Assembly (NCBI GenBank): GCA_963641945.1
Contig: CAVIDW010000003.1
Location: forward strand, 16,874 to 80,873
Source of the DNA: a bacterium
Lineage (GTDB): Bacteria > Bacillota_I > Bacilli_A > RF39 > UBA660
Direction of reading: 5' to 3'
DNA: 64,000 nt
Below the pieces are notes generated by a model. That model made no database searches. It was not told where the DNA came from and saw nothing but the letters and a program-made list of their open reading frames with translations. Shown piece by piece: positions 1-9,927 of this stretch. How positions within the stretch are numbered: the first letter of the stretch is position 1; every line of letters begins with the position of its first letter. Made by a program: the position numbers and the translations under genes.

Positions 1-1638
1 AGACTATTAAAAAGTTATTTAATTAGTCCATCAAAAAGTAAAGAAGAAATAATAAGAAGACAAAATCTAACAGAAAAATTAATAAATGAATTCTTGATCA
101 AAAGTGAGTTAACTAGCTTATTATTTGAAATATATGATTTAGAAAGATTAACTGGTAAAGTAGCTTGTGGAACACTAAATGCAAGAGATGTACTTCAACT
201 TAAAAATAGTTTAAAAGTATTACCAAGTATAAATGAAATATTAAAGAAATTAGATTTAGAAGAAATAGAAACATTTAAAGATTTATATATATTATTAGAT
301 AATTCAATCAAAGAAGATGTACCACTTACTATTAAAGAAGGTGGAATAATAAAAGATGGATTCAATCAAGAAATAGATGAATTAAGAAGTATTAAATTAA
401 ATGGAAAAGATTTTATATCTAAATTTGAAGAATCAGAAAAAGAAAGAACAGGTATAAAAGGATTAAAGATTGGATTTAATAAAGTATTTGGTTATTATAT
501 TGAAGTACCAAAAGGACAAGTTCATTTAGTAAAAGAAGAATTCCAATATGATAGAAAACAAACAATATCTAATTGTGAAAGATATATAACACCACTATTA
601 AAAGAAAAAGAGAATTTAATACTAAATGCTGAAGATAGAATAAACAGTTTAGAATATGATGTATTCTGTCAAATAAAAGATGAAATTAAAAAACATATTT
701 CATCACTACAAAAAGTAAGTGCAAGAATAGCATATTTAGATGTAATACAATCATTCTCAACTATCGCAGAAGAACATAATTTTGTTAAACCAGAAATTAA
801 TGTTGAACATATAGTTGAAGTAATAGGTGGTAGACATCCAGTAGTTGAAAGCGTTATTACAAGTGAATACATAGACAATGATGTAATACTTGATAACAAT
901 ACAAACATTCTAATAATAACAGGTCCTAATATGAGTGGTAAAAGTACTTATATGAGAGAAATGGGAATAATAGCTGTATTAAATCAAATTGGTTCATTTG
1001 TGCCAGCTAAAAAATGTAATTTACCTATATTTGATAAGATATTTACTAGAATAGGTGCTAGTGATGACTTAGTAGGTGGAGAAAGTACATTCATGGTAGA
1101 AATGAAAGAAAGTGCAAATGCTCTTAGAAATGCTACAGAAAATAGTTTAGTTTTATTTGATGAATTAGGACGTGGAACTAGTACTTATGATGGAATGAGT
1201 TTAGCAGGTTCTATAATTGAATATATTAGTAATCATATAAAATGTAAAACAATGTTTTCAACTCACTATCATGAATTAACAGACTTAGAAAATAAACTAC
1301 CTGGTATAAAGAATGTTCATGTATCAATAGATGAAACAGATGGATGCGTTACATTCCTTCATAAAGTTATGGATGGATGCGTAGATAAAAGTTATGGTAT
1401 AAATGTTGCTAAATTAGCAGACCTACCAGAAGAAGTAATAACAAAAGCAAATGAATTACTTGAAATGTATGAAAGTAATGATCACAAAAAGAATACAAAA
1501 AGGGTTAAACAATTTTCATTAGATTTAAAAGAAGAAAAGAAAGATGAATTAAGAGAATTTTTAAGTAAAGTTAATCCATTAGAAATAACACCAATTGAAG
1601 CACTAAATATATTAGATCAAATGAAAAAAATATCATAA
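1..1638 (+). CDS. mutS: DNA mismatch repair protein MutS, 5'-truncated by window edge
   Basis: The frame is open from nt 1. Walker A reads GPNMSGKST, followed by DELGRGTSTYDG, STHYHEL and a FLHKV-type C-terminal region. Confidence 0.95.
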   Translation, partial: RLLKSYLISPSKSKEEIIRRQNLTEKLINEFLIKSELTSLLFEIYDLERLTGKVACGTLNARDVLQLKNSLKVLPSINEILKKLDLEEIETFKDLYILLDNSIKEDVPLTIKEGGIIKDGFNQEIDELRSIKLNGKDFISKFEESEKERTGIKGLKIGFNKVFGYYIEVPKGQVHLVKEEFQYDRKQTISNCERYITPLLKEKENLILNAEDRINSLEYDVFCQIKDEIKKHISSLQKVSARIAYLDVIQSFSTIAEEHNFVKPEINVEHIVEVIGGRHPVVESVITSEYIDNDVILDNNTNILIITGPNMSGKSTYMREMGIIAVLNQIGSFVPAKKCNLPIFDKIFTRIGASDDLVGGESTFMVEMKESANALRNATENSLVLFDELGRGTSTYDGMSLAGSIIEYISNHIKCKTMFSTHYHELTDLENKLPGIKNVHVSIDETDGCVTFLHKVMDGCVDKSYGINVAKLADLPEEVITKANELLEMYESNDHKKNTKRVKQFSLDLKEEKKDELREFLSKVNPLEITPIEALNILDQMKKIS

Positions 1639-1656
1639 TTTTAATGGAGGGTTTTG

Positions 1657-2271
1657 ATGAAAGAAAATACAGAAAATTATTACATTGAAGGTTTCTTGCC
1701 ACCAGAAGCAGAAGAATTAATAAAAAATGAAATGGAAAGAAATTTTAATTCCACCAAAATTGAAGATATAATCAAAGAAAGAGAAGAAGATTTACGTTTA
1801 ATAGATGAAAGTTTTAAAGCAATAGATACAGACTTCAAAATGGTTAATAAAAGTAGAAAAGAAATTACTTACTCATTATGCATATCCATAATTTATATTA
1901 GTGTATTAAAGTTATTTAAGTCTATGATAAATGATCTTGATTTAGTAGAAGAGTTAGGTAAATTAATAGATAAGATATCATCTGCTTATAAAGAAATAGT
2001 AAGTCAAAGAGAAGTAATGATTATAGTAAGAGATGCATATAAAAGATTAAAGAGTCTAGAAATATATGAATGTAATGGAGACATTAGTGATTTACTTGTA
2101 TTAATGTATGAAAAAGATAGAATTATTCATTCAGATGTATTAAATGAAATTAGAATGACCACATCAAGAATAAAAGGTTTTAGTACATCAAAAGGAGAAA
2201 ATAAAGAGTTAGCTAAAATTAATAGTAAAATAGATAAATCATTAACCAGATTAGGATTAGTAAAGGAGTAG
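1657..2271 (+). CDS. hypothetical acidic helical protein (first of three tandem genes after mutS)
   Basis: ATG at 1657 lies 5 nt after the GGAGGG RBS (the track began at the TTG at 1654). I recognised no family motif. The C-terminus reads LTRLGLVKE. Confidence 0.6.
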   Translation: MKENTENYYIEGFLPPEAEELIKNEMERNFNSTKIEDIIKEREEDLRLIDESFKAIDTDFKMVNKSRKEITYSLCISIIYISVLKLFKSMINDLDLVEELGKLIDKISSAYKEIVSQREVMIIVRDAYKRLKSLEIYECNGDISDLLVLMYEKDRIIHSDVLNEIRMTTSRIKGFSTSKGENKELAKINSKIDKSLTRLGLVKE

Positions 2272-2274
2272 AAT

Positions 2275-2853
2275 ATGAAAGAATCAACTGGACAATGTGA
2301 AATGGACATTAATGAATTATTTGGTCTTGAACCTGTAGATATTGAAGGCATATTATCAAACCCAAATGCCACAATAGAAGAAATGATAAGTGCTTATGAT
2401 TATACAACAGTACTTAATAATATTCAGTTCGCAGCACTAAATTCTATGTTAAACGCAGTAACAAAAGAAAAGAAATTTATTATTAAAAGACTAAAATTAC
2501 TAGCACTTAAAATCAAAACAAGAAGAATATTTAGTAAAGAAAATATAGAAGAGTTAACTCAACTTTTAGAAGATATAAATTATTATATTCAAGATATTAA
2601 AAATGATTATGAGTTAATCCAAGAAATAAGAGGATTGTATAAAGAATTAGTTAAATATACATTTAGTTATCACAATGAAGAATTAGCTGCTATTATAAAA
2701 TATTATATTGATAAATTTGAGATTATTTATAATGAAGTGTTTCAAATATATGAAAGTCCTAAGGATTATGTAAGATTAGATTTTAGTACAGATGAACTTG
2801 ATGCATTAAATAAAGATATTTTAAGATTAGGATTAGGTGTTAAACATGAGTAA
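2275..2853 (+). CDS. hypothetical acidic helical protein (second of three)
   Basis: ATG lies 3 nt after the previous stop, with an AGGAG RBS. The C-terminus reads ILRLGLGVKHE. Confidence 0.6.
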   Translation: MKESTGQCEMDINELFGLEPVDIEGILSNPNATIEEMISAYDYTTVLNNIQFAALNSMLNAVTKEKKFIIKRLKLLALKIKTRRIFSKENIEELTQLLEDINYYIQDIKNDYELIQEIRGLYKELVKYTFSYHNEELAAIIKYYIDKFEIIYNEVFQIYESPKDYVRLDFSTDELDALNKDILRLGLGVKHE

Positions 2854-3499
2854 AGATAATAAAAAGCTAGTAGCTCACATAAATGAACCAATGTATGATG
2901 ATATTGAAGGTTTTGAAGGAAAAAGTTATAGGTCATCACTTACAGATGAAACTATAGAAGAATTAACTGATTTTGAAGGTAAAACTATTTATGAAACATT
3001 AGAGATGTATAAGAAACTAAAAGAATATATCGCATCAGATTTTGAAGCGTTAGAAGAATACTTTTATTCAAGTAAAGAAATGTTAAAAGACTCAAATAAA
3101 ATAATGAGAAGAAACTATATTATTATGAGAATTACTGCATTAAAATATACAATTTTAATTGATGAGGAACTAGTAAAAGAATATTTAAAAATAGCTGCAT
3201 TAGCTCTAAAAAACATTGAAGAAGAAAAGAAAGATAGAGAACTTATTACTAAACTAGAAATCTATTTAGAAACTCTAAAAGCAAGAGGTATAACTTGTTT
3301 TGAACAAGATTTCCTAGACATATTAGCTTATATAACAGATAAAGTAACAATGAGTTTTGATAACTTTAATAGAGTATGTGACAATCTATCAATAAGACTT
3401 CAAGGTATAAGCAGTAGTAGTCCAAAAGATATAGATGAATTTTATAGTGAAAAAAATGAAAAAATAGATGTAATAGTTAAAAAACTTGGTATCAAATAA
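2846..3499 (+). CDS. hypothetical acidic helical protein (third of three)
   Basis: ATG at 2846 overlaps the upstream stop by 8 nt (the track began at the GTG at 2837). The C-terminus reads VKKLGIK. Confidence 0.6.
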   Translation: MSKDNKKLVAHINEPMYDDIEGFEGKSYRSSLTDETIEELTDFEGKTIYETLEMYKKLKEYIASDFEALEEYFYSSKEMLKDSNKIMRRNYIIMRITALKYTILIDEELVKEYLKIAALALKNIEEEKKDRELITKLEIYLETLKARGITCFEQDFLDILAYITDKVTMSFDNFNRVCDNLSIRLQGISSSSPKDIDEFYSEKNEKIDVIVKKLGIK

Positions 3500-3570
3500 G
3501 GTGTAATTATTTACATCCTTTTTAAATTGAATAAAATATTATTTATTGATATACTAATAATGAGGTTATT

Positions 3571-4140
3571 ATGGATGGAATAAGTATTGGAGTTAAAAAA
3601 ATAGTAAAAATATGTTTTATACCATTAGTAGTTATAATACTTTTAATGTTTTTTAGTGGAATTGATAATGAAATAAATAATAAGTTTGTTATAACATTAA
3701 ATAATAATGAATTATTATCTAGAGTAGATACAGAATATGTAGAAATAATATTTAAAAAAATAGGTGGTAATACATATAATAAACAAGTTAATTCTAGCAG
3801 TGAATACTTTAATAAAATTAATTCTTCAAATAAATATATATTAGATGTAAAAGAATATGAAATATATGGCAAATATGGACATAGAGAATCATATAATAGC
3901 ATTGATAGCGTGAATGGAACATCAAAACTAATTACAGATAATAATAAAACAATGATGGTTCAAAAAGACAATAAAATTATATATGAAGATAAATTTAAAA
4001 ATGATGTTACAAGTTTAATTACAGAAAATGGAAGATACTTCTTTCATGTATATACAAGTCAAAAGAGAAGTAGTTCTCCATTTGCTTACATGGATACAAG
4101 TCTTCACTTTAATGTATTGGTAGGTGAAACAGATGAATAA
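3571..4140 (+). CDS. hypothetical membrane-anchored protein
   Basis: Single N-terminal hydrophobic helix (FIPLVVIILLMFF). I recognised no family motif. Confidence 0.5.
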   Translation: MDGISIGVKKIVKICFIPLVVIILLMFFSGIDNEINNKFVITLNNNELLSRVDTEYVEIIFKKIGGNTYNKQVNSSSEYFNKINSSNKYILDVKEYEIYGKYGHRESYNSIDSVNGTSKLITDNNKTMMVQKDNKIIYEDKFKNDVTSLITENGRYFFHVYTSQKRSSSPFAYMDTSLHFNVLVGETDE

Positions 4141-4486
4141 GAAAATCTTTTATGCTCTTGTAACTGTAGTTACTATATTAGTTATAGTCTTAATAAAAAT
4201 ATATTTTTATAATTTAGATAAAAAATGGTATAAAAAAATAGATTATAATAGTTATGTGTTAATTATAAATGATATACATAATAAATATCCTAATTTATTT
4301 AAATTTGATGAAAATAATGATGCCATTATGACTGTAGAAGAATTAGTTACAAAACAAGATGATATAGAATTTGATATCGCACATGATAAAGATGGTAACA
4401 TGTGTATAGGTTATTTTATAGTATCAAAAGTAGGAGAAGGTATTGACATAGATGCATCTCATATGTGTGATATGATAAACTACTAA
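4133..4486 (+). CDS. hypothetical membrane-anchored protein
   Basis: ATG at 4133 follows an AGGTGA RBS and overlaps the upstream stop. N-terminal TM helix. Confidence 0.5.
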   Translation: MNKKIFYALVTVVTILVIVLIKIYFYNLDKKWYKKIDYNSYVLIINDIHNKYPNLFKFDENNDAIMTVEELVTKQDDIEFDIAHDKDGNMCIGYFIVSKVGEGIDIDASHMCDMINY

Positions 4487-4498
4487 AATAAAAAAATC

Positions 4499-5437
4499 CT
4501 AATTATTTAGGATTTTTTCAGTGTTTTTAAAATTAATTTTAGCTATTTTATATAATTCTTCTTTTCCATACTTTTTAACTATTTCACGTCCAACATCATC
4601 AACTTTATCACTAGCACCTTTAAGAATATTTATTTTATATTTCTCACTTAATTTATCCATTTCATTTAAGAATAAATATCTACTTATAACACTAGCAGCT
4701 GCAACACTTAAATGTTTGCTTTCACCTTTAGTTAGAAAAGTTATTTTAGTAACTTTATCCTGAATGTTTTCTTGTTTCAAATAACTAAAGTAACTTCTAG
4801 GAGTAGTAAATTGATCAACAATAATTTTATGATAAGGAATTCCTTTATTAGAAAGTTCAAACAAAACTCTATTGTGTAGTATTGCTTTAACTTTATTCAT
4901 ATTAAATCCCTTATTAGCCATGTCATTATATTTTGGATTAGATAAAGTAAATGTTACATAAGGTAACTTATCCATAAGAATTGGAGCACATCTACGAATT
5001 TTATCATCCGTCATTTTCTTAGAATCCATTATTTTTAAATCTTCAAGCAATTTTCTAGTATTTTTATCAACTAGAGTAGCAGTAACTATGATAGGACCAA
5101 AATAATCTCCAGTACCAACTTCATCACTACCAATAGCATCATAATAGTAATAAGTCTTATCATCTTCTTTATTTTCTTTAGCTTTTATTTCAGAATCAAT
5201 ATCTCTATTATTAAAGTGACTTTCTAAATCTTTCCACATATTAGCGTCAATATCAGCACTAATTCCTTGAAACATAACTTTACCACTTTCATATAAAGTA
5301 ATAACTGTACCACCTTCATCAGCTTGAAAAATAGAGTAAGGAGGTTTCTTATCTCTTCTAAGTAAATCATAATATTCAATCATTTTTTCTTTAATATTAT
5401 CACTTACTTTAAATACTATTGTTTTTTGTTCTGCCAT
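4499..5437 (-). CDS. rnhC: ribonuclease HIII
   Basis: 312 aa with an N-terminal TBP-like domain, then the DEVGTGDYFGP catalytic motif typical of RNase HIII. Confidence 0.85.
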   Translation of the reverse strand: MAEQKTIVFKVSDNIKEKMIEYYDLLRRDKKPPYSIFQADEGGTVITLYESGKVMFQGISADIDANMWKDLESHFNNRDIDSEIKAKENKEDDKTYYYYDAIGSDEVGTGDYFGPIIVTATLVDKNTRKLLEDLKIMDSKKMTDDKIRRCAPILMDKLPYVTFTLSNPKYNDMANKGFNMNKVKAILHNRVLFELSNKGIPYHKIIVDQFTTPRSYFSYLKQENIQDKVTKITFLTKGESKHLSVAAASVISRYLFLNEMDKLSEKYKINILKGASDKVDDVGREIVKKYGKEELYKIAKINFKNTEKILNN

Positions 5438-5594
5438 AAAATCACTTCCAAAAATATTTTATCAAAAAAACATAACTTTTACTAGAAAAATATATTTCTT
5501 ATGTTATAATGAAAATGAGGTAATAATAATGTTAAGACTTTTATAATTAACATGTTTTACCCATGTTAATTTTTTTATATGAGGAGTATTATAT

Positions 5595-6323
5595 ATGAAA
5601 AGAGCAAAGATAATTGTAATTGAAGGAACAGATGGTTCTGGAAAAGAAACACAAAGTAAAAAAGCAGAAAAATATTTAATTGATAATGGATTTAAAGTCA
5701 AAAGATACTCTTTTCCAATATATAATTCTCCTACTGGAAAAATAGTTGGTGCTTCTTATTTAGGAAAACCAGAATTAGGTGAAAGTGTTTTTCCAGAAAC
5801 ATCAGCATCTGTTGATCCAATAGTAAGTAGTCTTTATTATGCGGCAGATAGAAGATATAATTTTTTAAAAGAAATTGAAGAAGATATATATAAGAATGAT
5901 TATATTATTTTAGATAGATATACTACATCTAATATGGGACATCAAGCAGGAAAGGCTAAAACTAAAAAAGAAAAAGATAAAATACTAGATTTTATAGAAA
6001 AATTAGAATTTGATTTATGTGAATTACCAAGACCAGATATTGTAGTATTCCTACATATGCCATATGAAGCAACTATAGAACTTAGAAAAGATAGAGTAGC
6101 TGGAGATGGAAATGAAAATAACCCAGAACATTTAATAAACGCAGAAAAAACATATTTATATATTGCAAAGAAATATAATTGGAAAAACATAAATTGTATT
6201 AAAACAAAAAAATATACTTCACTTAGTGATATTAAATCAATAGATGAAATAAGTCTAGAAGTAATAGACACAATTAAAAACGTTAAAGCAGAAAATAAAA
6301 TATCAAAAATGGAGAGATTTTAA
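5595..6323 (+). CDS. tmk: thymidylate (dTMP) kinase, long form
   Basis: IVIEGTDGSGKETQ P-loop and a DRY motif. GAGGAG RBS. Confidence 0.85.
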   Translation: MKRAKIIVIEGTDGSGKETQSKKAEKYLIDNGFKVKRYSFPIYNSPTGKIVGASYLGKPELGESVFPETSASVDPIVSSLYYAADRRYNFLKEIEEDIYKNDYIILDRYTTSNMGHQAGKAKTKKEKDKILDFIEKLEFDLCELPRPDIVVFLHMPYEATIELRKDRVAGDGNENNPEHLINAEKTYLYIAKKYNWKNINCIKTKKYTSLSDIKSIDEISLEVIDTIKNVKAENKISKMERF

Positions 6324-6892
6324 TGAATAAAAAAACTATAGTTATAGATATGGATGATGTCATAACAACAGAAACACTAACTGGAGTAATAAATGAGTAT
6401 TTAGGAACAAATTATAAAGAAGATGATTTTACTGAATTTTATAAACAAGATGTAGTACCTGACAAAGAAGCATTTTTTAAATATTTTCTTACAAAGAGTG
6501 AATATAATTATGGAAAAATTACTCCAAATGCAGTAGAAGTAATAAAAGAATTAAGTGAGAAATATGAAGTATTTATCGGAACATCTTTTATTTTTAAAGA
6601 AATAGTAAATGAAAGTGGAATACTAGTTAAAAATAAATATGATTTTTTAATAAAAAATTTTCCATTTCTTGACCCAATGAATTTTGTATTTGTTGGTAAC
6701 AAATCAATATTAAAAAGTGATATTAAAATTGATGATAAAATAGAAAATTTAGTTAATGGAGATATTAAAATATTATTTACAGCTTATCATAATAAAAATA
6801 TAAGCGATGAAGAATTAAAGAATCAAGGAATTATAAGAGCTAAAGATTGGTTAGATATTAAAAAAATATTATTAGAAAGTGGGGAAGAGTAA
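6323..6892 (+). CDS. HAD-superfamily 5'(3')-deoxyribonucleotidase-like protein (NT5C family)
   Basis: DMDDV motif I at the N-terminus and about 190 aa in size. The start overlaps the tmk stop. Confidence 0.6.
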   Translation: MNKKTIVIDMDDVITTETLTGVINEYLGTNYKEDDFTEFYKQDVVPDKEAFFKYFLTKSEYNYGKITPNAVEVIKELSEKYEVFIGTSFIFKEIVNESGILVKNKYDFLIKNFPFLDPMNFVFVGNKSILKSDIKIDDKIENLVNGDIKILFTAYHNKNISDEELKNQGIIRAKDWLDIKKILLESGEE

Positions 6893-6893
6893 T

Positions 6894-7796
6894 ATGGCCA
6901 AATGGGACAAAGAATATTTAAAACTTTGTAAAAAAATATTAAAAGAAGGAGTAGAAGTAGAAAATAGAACTGGTATTAATACTATTAAAATCCCAGCTTA
7001 TAGTTTTGAATTTGATTTGGAAAAAGAATTTCCTTTTTTAACTACAAAACAATTATTTTATAGACAAGCAATTTTAGAAATGCTATGGATTTTTCAAGCT
7101 CAAAGTAATGATGTAAGATGGTTACAAGAAAGAAATGTACATATTTGGGATGAATGGGAAATAGATGAAGACGGACTATGGAAAGCAACACAAATGGTAC
7201 CAGATGGAAACGGAAAACTAGTAAAAAAAGAAATAGTAAAAGATTTTGGAAAAGAGTGGGCTCATACTATTGGAACAGCGTATGGATGGATAGTAAGAGA
7301 ATATGATCAAATGAATAAATTAATAAATACAATTAAAACAAATCCAACAGACAGAAGAATGATTATTAATTTATGGCAAAATAAACATTTAGATACAGCA
7401 GTTCTACCATCATGTGTTTGGTCTTCAGAATGGGATGTAACTAATGGACACTTAAACGCATATGTTCATCAAAGAAGTTGTGATGTACCATTAGGTCTTC
7501 CATTTAATGTAACACAATATTCAGTATTATTATATATGATTGCACATGTAACAGGACTTAAACCAGGAAAACTTTATTGGAGTATTAAAGATGCACATAT
7601 TTATGTAAATCAAATAGATGGAATAAAAGAACAAATAAGAAGAGGAAAAGAATTAGAAGATTTACCAGCTCCAAAACTTTGGCTAAACCCTGAAATAAAA
7701 GACTTTTATGATTTTGATAATAGTTCAGATTTAAAAGATATAAAAGTATTAGAATATAAACATCACGGAAAAATATCTTTTCCAATAGCACAATAG
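6894..7796 (+). CDS. thyA: thymidylate synthase ThyA (B. subtilis ThyA / phage phi3T-like subtype)
   Basis: RRMIINLWQ, LPSCVW catalytic Cys, HQRSCDVPLGLPFNV, and a C-terminal NPEIKDFYDF resembling B. subtilis ThyA. I prefer the ATG at 6894 over the track's GTG at 6879. Confidence 0.9.
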   Translation: MAKWDKEYLKLCKKILKEGVEVENRTGINTIKIPAYSFEFDLEKEFPFLTTKQLFYRQAILEMLWIFQAQSNDVRWLQERNVHIWDEWEIDEDGLWKATQMVPDGNGKLVKKEIVKDFGKEWAHTIGTAYGWIVREYDQMNKLINTIKTNPTDRRMIINLWQNKHLDTAVLPSCVWSSEWDVTNGHLNAYVHQRSCDVPLGLPFNVTQYSVLLYMIAHVTGLKPGKLYWSIKDAHIYVNQIDGIKEQIRRGKELEDLPAPKLWLNPEIKDFYDFDNSSDLKDIKVLEYKHHGKISFPIAQ

Positions 7797-7804
7797 GTGA
7801 TTTT

Positions 7805-8290
7805 ATGAGTTATACAATAATCGCAGCTATAGGAAAAAATAGAGAATTAGGAAAAAATAATGATTTGATTTGGCATCTACCAGGAGATTTAAAATTCTTC
7901 AAAGAAACAACAACAGGTCATTCAATAATAATGGGAAGAAAAACTCTAGAATCTCTTCCAAAACTATTACCAAATCGTCATCATATAGTATTATCAAGCA
8001 AAGATGATTTTAGTAGTGAAATAGAACATTATAAAACAATGAAAGAATTATTAGTTAATTTAAAAGATAGAAAAGAAGAGTTCTTTGTTATAGGTGGAGG
8101 AAGCATATATAAAGAATTTATACTAATCGCTAATAAAATGTATTTAACAGAAGTAGAAGAAGAATGCCCAGAGGCTGATACATTCTTTCCAAAATTTAAC
8201 CCATTAGAATGGACAAGAGATGTCATTAAAGAAAATGAAAACAATGGTATAAAATATAAACATGTTTTATATATTAAAAAACAAAAATAG
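7805..8290 (+). CDS. folA: dihydrofolate reductase
   Basis: IAAIGKNRELGKNNDLIWHLPGDLKFFKETT, IMGRKT and VIGGG motifs. Confidence 0.9.
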   Translation: MSYTIIAAIGKNRELGKNNDLIWHLPGDLKFFKETTTGHSIIMGRKTLESLPKLLPNRHHIVLSSKDDFSSEIEHYKTMKELLVNLKDRKEEFFVIGGGSIYKEFILIANKMYLTEVEEECPEADTFFPKFNPLEWTRDVIKENENNGIKYKHVLYIKKQK

Positions 8291-8308
8291 CATAAATTAT
8301 GCTGTTTT

Positions 8309-8336
8309 AAAAGGAAGTTTCAAAAACTTCCTTTTT
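8309..8336. terminator. bidirectional intrinsic terminator between folA and the convergent small gene
   Basis: An 11-bp stem (AAAAGGAAGTT / AACTTCCTTTT) with a 5-nt loop, flanked by T runs on both strands. A second small hairpin (AGCAT..ATGCT) lies at 8289-8303. Confidence 0.75.
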
Positions 8337-8517
8337 AGTTATTGTTATTGTTGAAGAATCCAACTCCAAAAATAATTACCAATAATATAAATAAAACTAA
8401 TATAATAGCTGATCCATATCCAAATCCATAACCATAATTACCACCATTATAATAACCAGGATAAGAATTCATACACATGTTATTTCCATATCCACTATTA
8501 TATCCATAATAATTCAT
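8335..8517 (-). CDS. tiny Gly/Tyr/Asn-rich membrane protein, YjcZ-like sporulation protein family
   Basis: 60 aa: a GY/GN-rich N-terminus followed by the hydrophobic stretch AIILVLFILLVIIFGVGFF, as in the YjcZ tiny-TM family. AGGAGG RBS. Confidence 0.55.
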   Translation of the reverse strand: MNYYGYNSGYGNNMCMNSYPGYYNGGNYGYGFGYGSAIILVLFILLVIIFGVGFFNNNNN

Positions 8518-8633
8518 AATTTACCTCCTTATTATCTATATTATTGTATGGAATAAATGCCTTTATTGACACAACAAACTAATTATACAATTTACAATTT
8601 CTACAATATTTATTATAATTATATTGATATAAT

Positions 8634-9827
8634 ATGAAGAAAAATAATAAAAAAATTTATATTTTTAAATATATGAATAAACCAATACTTATTTTAAGTA
8701 TAATTTTTGCTTTGCTGGGATCGTTATTTATATTAGAAGCTTCAAGTATATCAGCAGTATTAAGATATAAATTAGACACATATTATTTTTTTAGAAGACA
8801 ATTAGAAGTTATTGGTGCATCACTAGTAGCAGGCTTTTTAATTATAAAATTATTTCCAACTAAAACATATAAAGCAATTTCATTAATTTTTTCATTTATA
8901 TTTATTGGCTTATTATTAGCAGTATTTATAAAGAATAAAGTTATAACAACCGATGTTAGTGAAGTTACATTAAAAATTGGTGGATTTAGTCTGCAACCAG
9001 CAGAATTTTTAAAAGTATTTTTAATAATGTATATGGGATGTTTCTTTGGCTCATGGATAAATAATTCAAATAGAAAAAAATGGTCCTATATTATTCCATT
9101 ATGCATTTGTGCAGCTGCGTGCATCTTAATATTAGCAGGTGGAGATTATGGTAGTGCTGCATTAATGATTGCATTATTTGCATTAATATTTATAAGTCTT
9201 CCATATAAAGAAAAATATTTTACAGGATTAAAATTCATAGCAGTGTTTGGTTTAGTATTAGCAATACTAGTACTAAAGTTTTCATATAAATTAATTCCTG
9301 AAGAAACATTAGAATCTTCACCAAGACTTAATAGACTTCTATATACAAATCCATGTGATAGATATGAAGAAAGTTCAGGTTATCAAGTATGTAATGGTTA
9401 TATTGCTATTGACAATGGTGGCTTAAAAGGAGTAGGAGTAGGAAACTCAATTCAAAAATATTTATATTTACCAGAAAGTCATACAGACTTTATATTTCCA
9501 ATAATAGTTGAAGAGTTTGGCGTACTAGCAGGAATGGTTATAATACTTGCTTATATTTGGCTTATTTATTTAATATTTAAAGTAGCTGTTAACTGTTATG
9601 AATTACAAAATTCAATAATATGTTATGGAATAGGAATATATATAATGCTACATGTATTTGTTAACTTAGGCGGTGTTTTAGGAGTCATACCACTAACAGG
9701 AGTACCACTACCATTCTTGAGCTATGGAGGTAGTTTCTGCTTGGTGCTTATTTGTTCTTTAGCAGTAGTACAAAGAATACATATAGAAAATCAAGTAGAA
9801 AAAAGGCGAAAATTAGCAAATAATTAG
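8634..9827 (+). CDS. SEDS-family peptidoglycan glycosyltransferase (FtsW/RodA/SpoVE)
   Basis: Polytopic membrane protein with PESHTDFIF and PLPFLSYGGS motifs. Confidence 0.85.
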   Translation: MKKNNKKIYIFKYMNKPILILSIIFALLGSLFILEASSISAVLRYKLDTYYFFRRQLEVIGASLVAGFLIIKLFPTKTYKAISLIFSFIFIGLLLAVFIKNKVITTDVSEVTLKIGGFSLQPAEFLKVFLIMYMGCFFGSWINNSNRKKWSYIIPLCICAAACILILAGGDYGSAALMIALFALIFISLPYKEKYFTGLKFIAVFGLVLAILVLKFSYKLIPEETLESSPRLNRLLYTNPCDRYEESSGYQVCNGYIAIDNGGLKGVGVGNSIQKYLYLPESHTDFIFPIIVEEFGVLAGMVIILAYIWLIYLIFKVAVNCYELQNSIICYGIGIYIMLHVFVNLGGVLGVIPLTGVPLPFLSYGGSFCLVLICSLAVVQRIHIENQVEKRRKLANN

Positions 9828-9927
9828 AAAAAGCCTAGACAATAAGGCCTTTTTGTGTTATTATTATATCGCTTAATCCGCTGCATTATGTGTATGATTA
9901 AAGAAAGCACAAAGGAGGATAGATCGT

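Noticed and set aside
9841-9927. Possible ribosomal protein L19 leader RNA upstream of rplS (small hairpin CTTAATC...GATTAA at about 9883-9913).
   Set aside because: Only a 6-bp stem could be drawn by eye, and I cannot verify the Rfam L19-leader consensus. I left it unannotated.
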